DNA of 64,000 bases from an uncultured Gemmatimonadales bacterium (GCA_963711915.1 CAVQGA010000022.1:124131-188130); one strand, 5' to 3'; counted from the first letter of the stretch, positions 18,912 to 29,958 are shown. Numbers and translations: made by a program. The notes: generated from the letters alone by a model not told the origin.

Positions 18912-19793
18912 TCAAGGTGCCGGGAGGCCGGCCAGCGCCGTGAGCCGGGCGCTCTCGTCCCAGAGCCGGCGCTGCAGCACCTCGTCGTACGATTCCGGGG
19001 ACGACCGGCTCTCGCGTTCGCCAACGAAATAGCGCCCCGTCACCCCTTCGACCTCCGGCGAGGCGGCGAGATAGACGCTGGTCTCCGACCCCTGTTCCGG
19101 GCTCTCGCCGAAGGTCCGTGCGATGGCGCCGCCGATCACCGGCAGGTTCATGTAATCGGCCAGCAGCTTGGTGGCCACGACGCCCGGGTGGAGGCAGTTG
19201 ACCGTGACGCCCGCGGAGCGGAGCCGGCGGGCGAGCTCGTAGGTGAAGAGCACGTTCGCGAGCTTGGTGCGCCCGTAGACTCGGACCGCATCGTAGCGTC
19301 GCTCACTCTGGAGATCGCTGAAGTCGAGGACGCCGCCCTGGTGCGCACCTGACGCCACGTTCACGATCCGGGAGGGAACACCCTCGCTGAGCCGGTCGAG
19401 CAGAAGGTGAGTCAGGAGGAAGTAGGCGAGATGGTTGACTGCGAACTGCATCTCGAGGCCATCCACGGTGGTCTCGCGCTGCTTGGGAATGACGCCGGCA
19501 TTATTGACCAGCACATGGATTCGCCGATGACGCTGTCGAATCGTGTCCGCGGCCTCCCGCATCGAGCGCTGGGAGGAGAGGTCGGATGGGATCACCTGGG
19601 CGGGCGGCATGCGGTGTCGCTCGCCCAATTCGCGCGCGACCGCGTCACCGTCCTCGAGCCGGCGGCAGACCAAGACGAGGGTCGCGCCGAGCCGGGCCAG
19701 TCCCTCGGCCGTGGCGCGGCCGATTCCGCGCGTGGCGCCCGTCACCACGCACACCCGCCCGGTCATGTCGGCGAGGGGAAGCTTGTGGGCCAT
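18912..19793 (-). CDS. Short-chain dehydrogenase/reductase (retinol-DH-like)
   Basis: VTGATRGIG, NNAG, YGRTKLAN. Confidence 0.92.
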   Translation of the reverse strand: MAHKLPLADMTGRVCVVTGATRGIGRATAEGLARLGATLVLVCRRLEDGDAVARELGERHRMPPAQVIPSDLSSQRSMREAADTIRQRHRRIHVLVNNAGVIPKQRETTVDGLEMQFAVNHLAYFLLTHLLLDRLSEGVPSRIVNVASGAHQGGVLDFSDLQSERRYDAVRVYGRTKLANVLFTYELARRLRSAGVTVNCLHPGVVATKLLADYMNLPVIGGAIARTFGESPEQGSETSVYLAASPEVEGVTGRYFVGERESRSSPESYDEVLQRRLWDESARLTALAGLPAP

Positions 19794-19796
19794 GAC

Positions 19797-20633
19797 CTAC
19801 CGGAGCTCGCTCGCGAAGAAGGCGCTGGTCTCGTCCATCACGCGCTCCAGCTCCGGCGTCGCGCCGCCCCAGGGGTGGCTCGCCCCGAAGGTGTGGCCGG
19901 CACCCTCCACCGGGACGAAGCGCGTGGTCGCCGGAGGAGCAGCCTGAGCCAACCGCTCGCCCTCCAGCAGCGGCACGGCTTCATCGTCACGCCCGTGCAG
20001 GATGAGCCACGGCACGGCGACCCGCCCGGCGGCGGCCTCGATGTCGAGCGCGCCGGCATGGCGTTCGACGTCGTCGAGCAGATCGACGTACTGCGGCAGC
20101 ACCTGGCCGGTGCGCACGTTCTTGACCTGGTTCACGCCGGCCGCCCGCCACGCCGCGCGTTCGGCAGCCGGCCAGCGCTGGACGGTGCTGATGGCGGCCC
20201 ACGTCACCAGGGCCCGCACCCGGGGGTCGGCAGCGGTATGCAGCACGGCGATCCCGCCTCCGCGCGAGTGGCCCAGGACACCGACCGTCGAAGGCGGCGC
20301 GACGCCCAATTCACCCCCGGCCAGCGCGTCCATCACCCGGCGCAGGTCTTGCAACTCCGCCGAAAAGGTGTTGTGGCCGAAGCGCTCCGGAAACACGAAC
20401 TCGCCGGTGTCGTCCACGCCGCTCCCGCTCAGGTTGAGGGTGATCGCGGCCAAGCCGGCGCGGGCCAGTCGCTCCGCGAACGGCGGCCATAACCCCCAGT
20501 CCTTGAAACCCTTGAAACCATGCACCACGACCACGGCCGGTCGGGGTGACGCCCGAGCTCCGGCGCGTACGTCCACCAGGACATCGCCCAGGGTACCGGG
20601 GACGCGGTGGCGGGTGCGGGTGGGTGTGGCCAT
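19797..20633 (-). CDS. Alpha/beta-fold hydrolase
   Basis: HGFKGFKDWG, GHSRGG nucleophile elbow, GAGHTF. Confidence 0.9.
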   Translation of the reverse strand: MATPTRTRHRVPGTLGDVLVDVRAGARASPRPAVVVVHGFKGFKDWGLWPPFAERLARAGLAAITLNLSGSGVDDTGEFVFPERFGHNTFSAELQDLRRVMDALAGGELGVAPPSTVGVLGHSRGGGIAVLHTAADPRVRALVTWAAISTVQRWPAAERAAWRAAGVNQVKNVRTGQVLPQYVDLLDDVERHAGALDIEAAAGRVAVPWLILHGRDDEAVPLLEGERLAQAAPPATTRFVPVEGAGHTFGASHPWGGATPELERVMDETSAFFASELR

Positions 20634-20694
20634 GCTCTAAGCTAACCTCCGGCCGTGGCGAATTACCGCCACTTTCGGCGGGTAGCTGCGGCGC

Positions 20695-21660
20695 TCAAGC
20701 CACGGCCGGCTCCAGCAGCTCAACCCGGCCCGTATCGCCGTCGAAGCGCGCCCTCACGCCGACCGGCAGCGTCCACTGGGCATCGATGTGACCGATCGGC
20801 AGTCCGTAGGCGACCGGGATGCCGAGCGGCCCGAAGTAGTGCATGAGGACCTGATCCACGCCGAGCGCACCGTCATTCATGTGGCGTTTGAGGTTGGTGA
20901 ACCGCCCCACGAGCACGCCATGTAGCCGCGTGAGCGCTCCCGCCAGACGCAGGTGGGACAGCATGCGATCGATCCGGTAGAGGTCCTCGTTGACGTCCTC
21001 CAGAAAGAGGAGCGCGCCGTCGAGGTCCGGGAAATACGAGGTTCCGACAAGGCACTGCAGCAGGGAGAGGTTGCCGCCGGCGAGGGGGCCCTCGGCGACG
21101 CCTCCCCGAATCGTGACCACGCGAGGCTCCTGCGGCACGAGCAGGTCGGGCGGGAGGGGCAGCGGCTGGAGCATTCCCGCCGACCCCGGGTCGGTCAACA
21201 CCTGGGCGAAGTGGCGCCGGCTGAAGAGCGGCATCTCGGCCCGCGCGGTAGGGGCGTGGAACGCCACCATCCCCGCACGCCGTACGACACCCGCGAGCAG
21301 GGCGGTGATGTCGGAATAGCCGATGACGGGGCGCGGACGGCGGGCGAGGGCCTCGAAGTCGACAGCATCGAGGATGCGGGTCATGCCGTACCCGCCGCGG
21401 ATGCACCAGACGGCGTCGATCGACGGGTCGCGCAGGGCGCCGTTGAGATCAGCCAGCCGCTCCTCGTCGGTACCGGAGAAGTAGCCGTGGTGGCCGCCCA
21501 CGTGGGCGCCGGCCACCGGTTCGTAATCCAGCGCACGGCAGAGTGTTTCGGCGCGGGTTATATCGTCTCGTTCCAGCAGGGGACCCGCCGGCGCCACGAG
21601 CGCGATCCGGCTGCCGCGCGCGAGTCTCGGAGGACGAACGAGCGGTTTTGACCCCATCAT
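20695..21660 (-). CDS. LD-carboxypeptidase (peptidase S66)
   Basis: IALVAPAG, RGGYG, GYSDIT, GGNLS, LFLEDVNE, PIGH. Confidence 0.92.
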   Translation of the reverse strand: MMGSKPLVRPPRLARGSRIALVAPAGPLLERDDITRAETLCRALDYEPVAGAHVGGHHGYFSGTDEERLADLNGALRDPSIDAVWCIRGGYGMTRILDAVDFEALARRPRPVIGYSDITALLAGVVRRAGMVAFHAPTARAEMPLFSRRHFAQVLTDPGSAGMLQPLPLPPDLLVPQEPRVVTIRGGVAEGPLAGGNLSLLQCLVGTSYFPDLDGALLFLEDVNEDLYRIDRMLSHLRLAGALTRLHGVLVGRFTNLKRHMNDGALGVDQVLMHYFGPLGIPVAYGLPIGHIDAQWTLPVGVRARFDGDTGRVELLEPAVA

Positions 21661-21705
21661 CGCTCCACGGTTAGATTGTCCCAACCTTTTCAAGGGAGGA
21701 CGGTA

Positions 21706-22269
21706 GTGCGCGCTTCGCAGCCCGCGTTGCTCGCCGCCGGCCGTGTCATCGCCGAACTGCGGGATCAGATGGTGGTCCAGTGGTCCGATTGGCTGGGCGA
21801 CCGCATCAGCGCCGCCCCCACGATACCGCGTCCCCTGGTCGAGCGGGAGTTCCGGATCCTGCTCGACATCATCAGCGAGATGGTCGGTCCGCTGCGCCGC
21901 GAGGTGGGCACCGTCTGGCTCCACGCGTGCGAGCACTATGGCCGTATCGCCGCCACCCGCGGCCTCGCGGCGGGCGAGGTCGTGGAAGAGCTGCAGTTCC
22001 TTCGCGAGCTGCTCATCCGGAATCTCGCGCCGGTGCTCGCCGCCATGCGGGCCCGCCAGGGCATGGCCATCATGCTCCGACTCAACCGGGTCATCGACAA
22101 GGGCATCGCGGTTGCGGTCGTGGGATACACCGACGCGCTCGTCGCCACGCTCTTCGCGCAGAACGGCGTGCCGTCGTTCGCCACCGAGTACGATTCCATG
22201 GACGTCGAGCGCCAACTGGACGCCATCGAGCAAGAGCTGCAGAGCCTGATCAAGAGCCAACCGACCTAA
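21706..22269 (+). CDS. Helical hypothetical protein, RsbRD N-terminal-like domain
   Basis: GGAGG RBS plus GTG; EHYGRIAATRGLAAGEVVEELQFLRE pattern. Confidence 0.55.
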   Translation: MRASQPALLAAGRVIAELRDQMVVQWSDWLGDRISAAPTIPRPLVEREFRILLDIISEMVGPLRREVGTVWLHACEHYGRIAATRGLAAGEVVEELQFLRELLIRNLAPVLAAMRARQGMAIMLRLNRVIDKGIAVAVVGYTDALVATLFAQNGVPSFATEYDSMDVERQLDAIEQELQSLIKSQPT

Positions 22270-22283
22270 CCAGTCGCGGCCTC

Positions 22284-23453
22284 GTGGCCCCCGCCGATCT
22301 CCTGCCGGCCCTTCCCTGGCTCGCGCCGTTCGCGAGTCTGTTCCGCCTCGCCGACAACCGGCCCAACCTGAGCGACGTCGCCCCCGCCGCGGGACCGCCC
22401 GTGTCGGTCGTGATCCCAGCGCGCAACGAGGCGGCGACCATCGAGACGGTCGTCGCCTCCGTACTCGCCTCCGCGTACGACTCGCTCGAGCTGATCGTGG
22501 TGGACGACCGCTCGACCGACGTCACCGCCGCGCTGGTCGAGCGCCTGGCGTCCGGCGAGCCGCGCCTCAGGCTCGTGCGCGGCGCGGCGCTGCCCGAGGG
22601 CTGGTACGGAAAGCCGTGGGCCTGCGCCCAGGGCGCCGGCGTCGCCACCGGCCCGCTCCTGCTTTTCACCGATGCCGACACCCGGCACGAGCCCGACTTG
22701 CTCGGCCGGGCGGTGGCGGCGCTCGTGCGCGAGCGCGCCGACTTGGTCACGGTCTCGCCGTGGCAGCGCTGCGTGACGATCTGGGAACGTCTGGTCATGC
22801 CGCAGATCTGGCTGCTGCTCGGGCTGCGCTACCATCCGCGCCAGGTGAATCGAGCGCGCCGGGCGCGCGACGTGATTGCGAACGGCCAGTTCATCCTCAC
22901 CACGCGGGAGGCATACGACGCGGTCGGAACTCACGCGGCGGTACGGCACGAGGTGGCGGAGGATCTCGCGCTGGCGCAGGCCTACCTTCGACACGGGCGC
23001 CGGCTGCACTTCGCCTTCGCGGAGCGGCTGATGGAGACCCGCATGTACCAGAGCCTGCCGCAGCTCATCGAAGGGTGGTCCAAGAACGTGTATCTCGGAG
23101 GGCGGCAATCGTTTCCGGAGGAGCCGGCGCTGCGCGCCCTGGTTCCGGTCATGCTCATGGCCGCCCTGGGATTCTGGCTGGTGCCGCCCGCGGTGCTCCT
23201 CGCGAGCGTCGCGGGCCTTGGCTTCGAGCCCATGCGCGGCGCCGCCACCGTCGCGACGGCGCTGTCGGCGCTCTTCTGGGCGCTCATGTGCCATGGGATG
23301 AAGATCCCGGTCCAGTATGCCATCGGGTATCCGGCGGGTGCACTGATGGCGCTCTACATCGTGTGCCGGTCCACCTGGCGGGGTGCGGGCCGAGTCGAGT
23401 GGAGAGGACGGGTGTACGGCGATCGGGCCGGGCCGCCGTCCCAGGAATCGTGA
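22284..23453 (+). CDS. GT2 glycosyltransferase (CrtQ/HpnB-like)
   Basis: VSVVIPARNE, DDRSTD, GWYGKPWAC, FTDAD, AEDLAL; C-terminal TMs. Confidence 0.88.
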   Translation: MAPADLLPALPWLAPFASLFRLADNRPNLSDVAPAAGPPVSVVIPARNEAATIETVVASVLASAYDSLELIVVDDRSTDVTAALVERLASGEPRLRLVRGAALPEGWYGKPWACAQGAGVATGPLLLFTDADTRHEPDLLGRAVAALVRERADLVTVSPWQRCVTIWERLVMPQIWLLLGLRYHPRQVNRARRARDVIANGQFILTTREAYDAVGTHAAVRHEVAEDLALAQAYLRHGRRLHFAFAERLMETRMYQSLPQLIEGWSKNVYLGGRQSFPEEPALRALVPVMLMAALGFWLVPPAVLLASVAGLGFEPMRGAATVATALSALFWALMCHGMKIPVQYAIGYPAGALMALYIVCRSTWRGAGRVEWRGRVYGDRAGPPSQES

Positions 23454-23522
23454 ACCGGCGCGACGGCTCCGGGCGCGAGCCGTCGCTCGAGAACGAGCAT
23501 GGGGAATGGCAGAGAGTGGCGG

Positions 23523-24188
23523 TCAGCTCCCGATGCGATCCGCCACGACGTTCTGAGCCGGAATGCGGCCTCCCAGCACTCGGCCGGCCGAGTCGACCCT
23601 GAGGTGGAACTCCACGCTGCCGATCGCCAGCGCGAGCGAGTCGCCGCCAAGCGGCGAGATCCTGGCCTCGAGGGTCTGCCCGCCGCCCAGATTGAAGAGC
23701 GGCACCCGGCTCTGTGGCGGAGCGGCCGCGCGCGAACGACGCACCGCCTGCTCGAGCAGGCCGAACGACAGGTTGAGATAGGGTACCACTCCCCGCTCGG
23801 TGCCGAAGACCCGGGTCTGCATCCCGTTGCCGGTGATGTCGTCGACCGCCGCGCTGTCCTCCTTGAAGATGACGCGGGCCTGCTGCACCACCTTTCCCTT
23901 GACCCGTCCGCTGTCCACGTTCTCACGCACCGTCACCGCGATCAGCGGCACCGAAGCGTCGGGTGCCACGACGACATCGTAGGATTGCGAGGTCGCCTTG
24001 GCGTTCCGGATGGCGAGGGTGCCCTTGAGCGTGGTGGCCGACCGTGCGAACTGCTCGGTGGCGACGGTATCGCCGGCGCGGCGGATCACGAAGGTGCCGC
24101 TGTCGGCGACGGTCTGGGCGTCGAGACCGGCCACCAGCACGGCGCTCACCGCAAGGAAGGCGAACAGCACACGGAGGTGGGTAGTCAT
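23523..24188 (-). CDS. Secreted hypothetical protein
   Basis: Signal peptide MTTHLRVLFAFLAVSAVLVAGLDA, then beta-rich domain; real portion of the 1559-aa shadow ORF. Confidence 0.7.
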   Translation of the reverse strand: MTTHLRVLFAFLAVSAVLVAGLDAQTVADSGTFVIRRAGDTVATEQFARSATTLKGTLAIRNAKATSQSYDVVVAPDASVPLIAVTVRENVDSGRVKGKVVQQARVIFKEDSAAVDDITGNGMQTRVFGTERGVVPYLNLSFGLLEQAVRRSRAAAPPQSRVPLFNLGGGQTLEARISPLGGDSLALAIGSVEFHLRVDSAGRVLGGRIPAQNVVADRIGS

Positions 24189-24299
24189 AGCGTGCAGGAT
24201 AACCCGGTCCCCGATGCGGGGGAATGATGCCGACCGGCCGCTGGGTGAGCGCCATGGTACACGGTCCTCCTTCCCGGAGCACCCCTGGAGCTCGGCCCC

Positions 24300-27200
24300 G
24301 TGTTGTCCCGCATTCACTCGCTCGAGGATCTTGCCGCCCTGCTCTCTGCGCTGGGCCACGAGGTCCTGTACCAGCCGGTGCCGGCGCTGGTTTCTCGACT
24401 CCGGGGCGTGAACTCCGCCGGAACCATCGCCGTGGGCCTCGCCGGTGGATTCCCCTGGTTCGCGGTCGCCGGCGCCGAGCCTGAGCGGCTCGCGCGCCGC
24501 ATAGCTCGCCGACTCATCGATCGGGGACGTATCGCCGGCATCCTGGCACTCGACACCCGGTCGCGCCGGCTGGGCCTGGCGGTCGCTTTCGAGGGCACGC
24601 CTTCTCTGGTGGTCGAGCTCGACCGCCCAGCCCCCGCCGCGGTCGCCTGCCTCACGAGGCTGGCGGGGCCCGGTTCCGGCGGCGCCGCCGCCTACGCGGC
24701 CCGGGCGTCGGACGCGCTGAGCGCCCAAGCCGTGGGGCGCCGGTTCTTCCGGCAGTTCAAGGTGACGCTCGATCAGATGGCGGGCGGCCTTCCCAGCGCG
24801 CTTCGGGGCGAAGAGCGGCGCAGTCTCGCCTTGCTTCAGCTCACCCGGGTTCTCTTCCTGTACTTCATCCAGGCCAAGGGATGGCTCGGCGGCCGCGACC
24901 GGTTTCTGGCCGATGCCGTGGACGGATGCCTGGCGCGCAAGCGCCGGATCCATCGCGACCTGCTGCGACCGCTCTGGTTCGGCACGCTCAACCGGCCGCT
25001 TGCGGAACGAAGCCGGAGCGCGGCCGCTCTCGGCGCGGTTCCGTTTCTCAACGGCGGCCTGTTCGAGCCCCACCCGCTGGAGCGCTCGCTTCGAGCGGAC
25101 ATTCCGAACCTCCATTGGCGGCAGGCCTTCGACGAGCTGTTCGAGCGGTTTCACTTCGTAGTGGCCGAAGGCCACGAGGCCGGCGGGATCGCGCCGGACA
25201 TGCTTGGCCGGGTGTTCGAAGGCGTCATGGCTCCCGACGCCCGGCGCGCCTCGGGCTCGTACTACACACCTGCCGCGCTGGTTCGCTCGGTAATCGACGC
25301 GGCGCTCGTGGCTCTCTTGGCCGGACGCACCGGCTGCCGCCCAGCGTCGGCCGAGCGGCAGATCAGGGATGGCGATCCGGCGGCGGCCGCCGCGCTCGAG
25401 GGCATGACCATCCTCGATCCGGCGGCGGGGTCCGGCGCATTTCTGCTCGGCGCGCTCGAGCGCATGAGCGCCCTCGCGAGCCGAACCGGCCTCTCGGCCG
25501 CCGCTTGCCGGCGCCGGATCCTGCAGCGCAACCTGTTCGGCGTCGATCGCAATGCGGCCGCCGTGCGGCTCACGGAGCTCCGCCTCTGGCTCGCTGTCAT
25601 CGCCGACGACCGCGAGGACCGGCCCGAGCGGGTGACACCGCTTCCGAACCTGGACTGCCTCATCCGGCAGGGCGACAGCCTGTTCGAGCCGTTCGCCAGC
25701 GGGGTCACGCTCCGCGCCGCCGATCCGAAGACGGCGCAGAAGGTCGCCGCGCTTCGGCAGCGGCTCGTCACCGCCACCGGCACATCCAAGCGGAGCCTCG
25801 TCCGTGAACTCCGGGCGGCGGAGTGTGCCGCGACCGAGGCGTCCCTGCGAGCCGCGGAAGCGGAGAGCCGTGGGCGGGCCGACGAGTGTCTTCGACGCGC
25901 CCGGACCGTGGACCTCTTCGGCCGGCGGCGCGGGGCCGATCGAGAGACGCGGCGCTGCCTCGCCGCGGCCCGCGCCGACCTGCGCGCGCTGCGCGCCGCG
26001 CGGCGGACGCTCCTTCGGGAGCGCGAGGTCCCCTGGTTCCACTACCAGAGCCACTTTGCCGACGTCTTCGCGGGCAATGGTTTCGACCTCATCGCCGGCA
26101 ACCCGCCCTGGCTGCGCGCGGAGGAGATTCCGGCGGACATGCGCCGCCGGCTCGAGGCGCGCTACCGGTGGTGGCGCGGGTCGAGCGGGGGATTCGGACA
26201 CCGACCCGATCTGGCCGTCGCGTTCCTCGAACGGGCGCTGGAGCTGGCCGCGCCGGGCGGGGTGGTCGCGCTTCTGATCCCGGCCAAGCTTGCCACGGCG
26301 GGATACGCGACCGCGGCGCGACACGCCCTCGCGGCGAGCACCACGCTGATTCACCTGGCCGATCTGACAGGCAGCCCGGATGCCGCCTTCGACGCCACGG
26401 TCTATCCGCTCGCGCTCGTGGCGAGGAAGGCCCTTCCGCCGGCCGGACAGCGGGTGCGGCTCTCGCTCGTCCCCGGCGCGCCGGCCTCGATCGCACAGGC
26501 AGGACTCCGCGGGGGCGCCCCATGGATCCTGTCGACCGGCCGGGGCCCCGCCATCGCCGCCCGGCTGGCACGGGAGCATGCAGCGATCGGCGAGCGCATC
26601 ACCTGCCACCTCGGTGTCAAGACCGGCGCCAACCGGATCTTCCTCGATCCGCCGGAATCGATCGAGCCCGACCTGCTGCGTTGGGCGGTGCGGGGCCGCG
26701 ACCTGCAGCCGTTCCGGTGCCGGCCATGCGCGCGGCTGCTCTGGACCCACGGCCGGGACGGCGCCCCCCTCCACCAACTGCCACCCTACGCCGCAGCGCA
26801 TCTCCGCCGGCACGAAGACGCGCTCCGCGCCCGCACGGATTACATCTCCGGGCCTGCTTGGGCGCTGTTTCGCACGCAGGCCGCCACCGCGCCACACCGG
26901 GTCGTGTGGACCGACCTCGCGCGACGGCTCACCGCCTGTCACCTGACAGGCCAGCGCGATGCGGAGCGGATCCCGCTGAACACCTGCTACGTAGCCCCGG
27001 TGCGATCGGCCGAGGAGGCGGAGCGCATCGGCGCGTGGCTCAACTCCACGTGGCTGCGGGCCCTGGCCCAGGCCGGTGCGGTACCCGCGGCGGGAGGCTT
27101 TCACCGCTTCGCCGCCGGAGTGGTCGCCCGGCTTCCGCTCCCGGCCGGCGTCACCGCCGACGCCGAGCTGTCGGCGATCGCCGGCCGGGGCGCCGCGGCG

Positions 27201-27313
27201 AGCACATCCAGGAGGAGCTCGATGACATCGCGGCCCGACATCTCGGTCTCTCCGAAGCCGAACGGCGGGAGCTGGGCCGGCTTCTGGCCCACTGCACCGC
27301 GGATCGTCGCTGA
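24300..27313 (+). CDS. N6-adenine DNA methyltransferase (Eco57I/type IIG-like), apparent 1-nt frameshift near 27190
   Basis: FLNGGLF, GSYYTP, ILDPAAGSGAFL, FDLIAGNPPW; natural-looking C-terminus IQEELDDIAARHLGLSEAERREL lies in another frame ending 27313. Confidence 0.75.
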
Positions 27314-29522
27314 ATCGCTGATCGGCGTCACCCATCCGCTGCTCACGGGGCTCACGGCGGGTCCGGCCGGCACCGGGACCGGAGTCGCGCGGGCGTTGGC
27401 TCGGAGCCTCCTGCCACCAGAGGCCAGCGCCAGCCCGCCACCCTGGCTGCTTCCGGGCCAGAGCCGAAGCTTCCGGCGCGCGCTCGCCGCCATTCAGCGA
27501 TACCACGGGGCGCTGCTCGCCGATCCGGTCGGGAGCGGAAAGACATACGTGGCACTCGCGGTGGCCGCGGCCGTGCAGCGTGGAAGGACGACCGCCTGCC
27601 TGGTGCCGGCACCACTCGCGGCCCAGTGGCGCGCGGTGGCGGCACATCTGGGCGTCGGCGTCGAAATCGGCACACACCAGCAGGCGAGTCGCGGCCGGCT
27701 GCCGGTGAACACCGCGGGGCTCGTCATCATCGACGAGAGCCATCACTACCGGAACCCGCTCACTCGACGCTACGCGGCCACCGCCCCCTGGCTGCTCGGC
27801 CGTTCGGTCCTGCTGTTGAGCGCCACGCCGGTGGTCAACCGGCTGAGCGACCTCGCGCACCAGCTCCTGCTCGGCGTGCGCGACGACGCGCTGCTGGCCG
27901 AAGGCGTGGTGTCGCTTCGCGCGGCCCTGGCGTCGGACACGGCTACGTCCGCGCTGGCCGGCGTGGTGGTAGAAGAGAGTCGAGCCGCCGGACCGCGCCC
28001 CACGCGCACCTCCCAGGTGAGCGCGGCAGGCCTCGAGGAGAACGCCGCGGCCGTCCGGGGGCTCGCGAGTCTGGCCCGGCTGGCGCTCTCCCGCCACCCG
28101 CCGACCGCAGCCCTGGTGCGGGGCGTGTTGCAGCGCGCCCTCGCGTCGAGTCCGGCGGCCCTGGCCGGGGCGCTTCGCCGCTACCGTGCGCTCTTGCTGC
28201 ATGCGCGCGACGCGGGCCGCGCGGGCCGGGCGCTGAGCCGCGCCGAGCTCCGAGAGTTCGCCGGCGAGCTGGACGAACAGCTGGTGATGTGGGAGCTCTT
28301 TCCGGAGGGCGGCAATACCGTCGAGCTGACGCTCGACGATCTCGACGTCGTGCCCGGTGTTCTGGGCGACGCGTCCGCCGCCGCGGCGAGAGACGATCCG
28401 AAAGTCGAGCGCCTGCGGTCAATCCTCGCCGACGGCAGGCCGAGCCTGGTGTTCACCACCCGGCGAGAGACGGTGCGCCATCTGCGCGACCGACTGGCTC
28501 CGCCGCCCGTCGCCTGGTGCACGGGTGAGCGCGCCGGTCTTGGGCGCTCGCCCGCCCCTCGATCGGTGGTGCTGGGTTGGTTTCGGGAGTGCGCGCCCGA
28601 CGCGCACGAGGCCGCGCCCCGGTGCCTGGTGGTGACCGACGTGGCGGCGGAAGGGCTCGACCTCAGACGTGCGGGCCGGGTGGTGCACTACGATCTCCCG
28701 TGGACGCCGATGCGGTTGGAGCAGCGCGAAGGGCGGGCGCTGAGGCTGGGCTCGGCACACGAGCACATCGAGGTGGTCCGACTGCTGCCTCCGCCGGCAC
28801 TCGACGCCGCCGTGGGGATGCGGCGACAGCTCGCCACCAAGGCCTCCCTGCCGGGGCGGGCCGGACTCGGCGCCGACGGTCTCCGCCTGTGGCGATGGCG
28901 CACCGTGCTGGCCGATCAACTGGCCGACTCCGATGGCGGCGACCCCGTCGAGACCGGCGCCACCGCGCTGGTGCCCGGGGCCAGGGACCGAGGTGTCCTG
29001 GCGGGGTATGAACTGGTCCCGGCCGGGAGCCGGACGATGCCCACTTCCGCCGTGGTCGGTTGGCTCGGCCCCGAAGGGGAGTGGGACGAGGACGAGCCCG
29101 CCGTCGCGCCGCGCCTGATCGAGGCCGCCCGGAGCGGGCGGCTGGTCGCGGCCGCTCCCGGGGCAGTGCGTTCCGCTCTCGCGCGGCTGGCCGGGCCCAT
29201 TCGCGAACGGCTGATGCTGTCCGGCGCCCGACGTTGGACCGCGGCCGATCCCGAACCGCCGGCGCGCCGCCTCGCGGCACGGTTCAGTCAGGCGCTCCGA
29301 GAGGCGGCGAGGCAGCGGGACCGGCCGATGCTCGCGCGGCTGGAACGGGCGCTCGCGTTCGTCAGCGGAGGGCACACTGCGGGTGAAGCGCGGCTGGTGG
29401 AGCTGCTGGCGGACGCGGATGCGCCGGCGCTGGCGCGATGGACGCTGCAGGTGCCGGCGCCGACGGAACGCTGGGACGTGCTCGAGGTGCGGGTGATCGG
29501 CCTGCTACTGTTCGAACCGTAG
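27222..29522 (+). CDS. SNF2-like SF2 helicase
   Basis: GGAGG RBS 6 nt before ATG 27222; ADPVGSGKT, DESHH, SATP, DVAAEGLDL, HYDLPWTPMRLEQREGR. Confidence 0.8.
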   Translation: MTSRPDISVSPKPNGGSWAGFWPTAPRIVAESLIGVTHPLLTGLTAGPAGTGTGVARALARSLLPPEASASPPPWLLPGQSRSFRRALAAIQRYHGALLADPVGSGKTYVALAVAAAVQRGRTTACLVPAPLAAQWRAVAAHLGVGVEIGTHQQASRGRLPVNTAGLVIIDESHHYRNPLTRRYAATAPWLLGRSVLLLSATPVVNRLSDLAHQLLLGVRDDALLAEGVVSLRAALASDTATSALAGVVVEESRAAGPRPTRTSQVSAAGLEENAAAVRGLASLARLALSRHPPTAALVRGVLQRALASSPAALAGALRRYRALLLHARDAGRAGRALSRAELREFAGELDEQLVMWELFPEGGNTVELTLDDLDVVPGVLGDASAAAARDDPKVERLRSILADGRPSLVFTTRRETVRHLRDRLAPPPVAWCTGERAGLGRSPAPRSVVLGWFRECAPDAHEAAPRCLVVTDVAAEGLDLRRAGRVVHYDLPWTPMRLEQREGRALRLGSAHEHIEVVRLLPPPALDAAVGMRRQLATKASLPGRAGLGADGLRLWRWRTVLADQLADSDGGDPVETGATALVPGARDRGVLAGYELVPAGSRTMPTSAVVGWLGPEGEWDEDEPAVAPRLIEAARSGRLVAAAPGAVRSALARLAGPIRERLMLSGARRWTAADPEPPARRLAARFSQALREAARQRDRPMLARLERALAFVSGGHTAGEARLVELLADADAPALARWTLQVPAPTERWDVLEVRVIGLLLFEP

Positions 29523-29523
29523 G

Positions 29524-29763
29524 TCAGCGTCCCATGGTCACGCGGCCGCCGACGAATCCGCCCTCGCCCTGGAACTCGAAGTGCTCGGGGTCCAGAATCC
29601 GCGGGGGCAGCGGGCCCGCAGCCGGATTCTCTCGCAGCTAGCGCGCCAGCAGATGCTCGGCGAGTGTGGCCGCGATGTACCACACCTCGGGATCGACGCC
29701 GGGATAGAGCGCGATGAACTCGGGCCGCAGCCTGGCTTGGCGCACCGGTCCGTCGGTCGTCAC
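29524..29763 (-). pseudogene. Small hypothetical protein interrupted by an in-frame TAG
   Basis: MTTDGPVRQARLRPEFIALYPG..LLAR*LRENP..RILDPEHFEFQG; TAG at 29638-29640. Confidence 0.5.
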
Positions 29764-29766
29764 GGC

Positions 29767-29958
29767 TCAGGGCTCCAGCGGCGAGGCGCCGCCCATCCGG
29801 CGCGCTCCGGGATCGCTCCACTCATCCATGGTCAGGTGCCAGAGATACCACGCCTCCTCGACGGCAAGCTGGCGGGTCTCAGGGCGAGGGCCCTCGCCCT
29901 CGCGACCGCCACTGTATATGATCGCGGCCATCAGCGCCACGAGCTCGGTCGGCTGCAT
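29767..29958 (-). CDS. Small hypothetical protein (63 aa)
   Basis: MQPTELVALMAAIIYS..AVEEAWYLW; GGAG upstream; ends 3 nt before the next start. Confidence 0.55.
   Translation of the reverse strand: MQPTELVALMAAIIYSGGREGEGPRPETRQLAVEEAWYLWHLTMDEWSDPGARRMGGASPLEP

Noticed and set aside
23523-28202. 1559-aa minus-strand ORF
   Set aside because: Antisense shadow of the MTase/helicase in high-GC DNA; only the last 221 aa (from 24188) look like a real secreted protein
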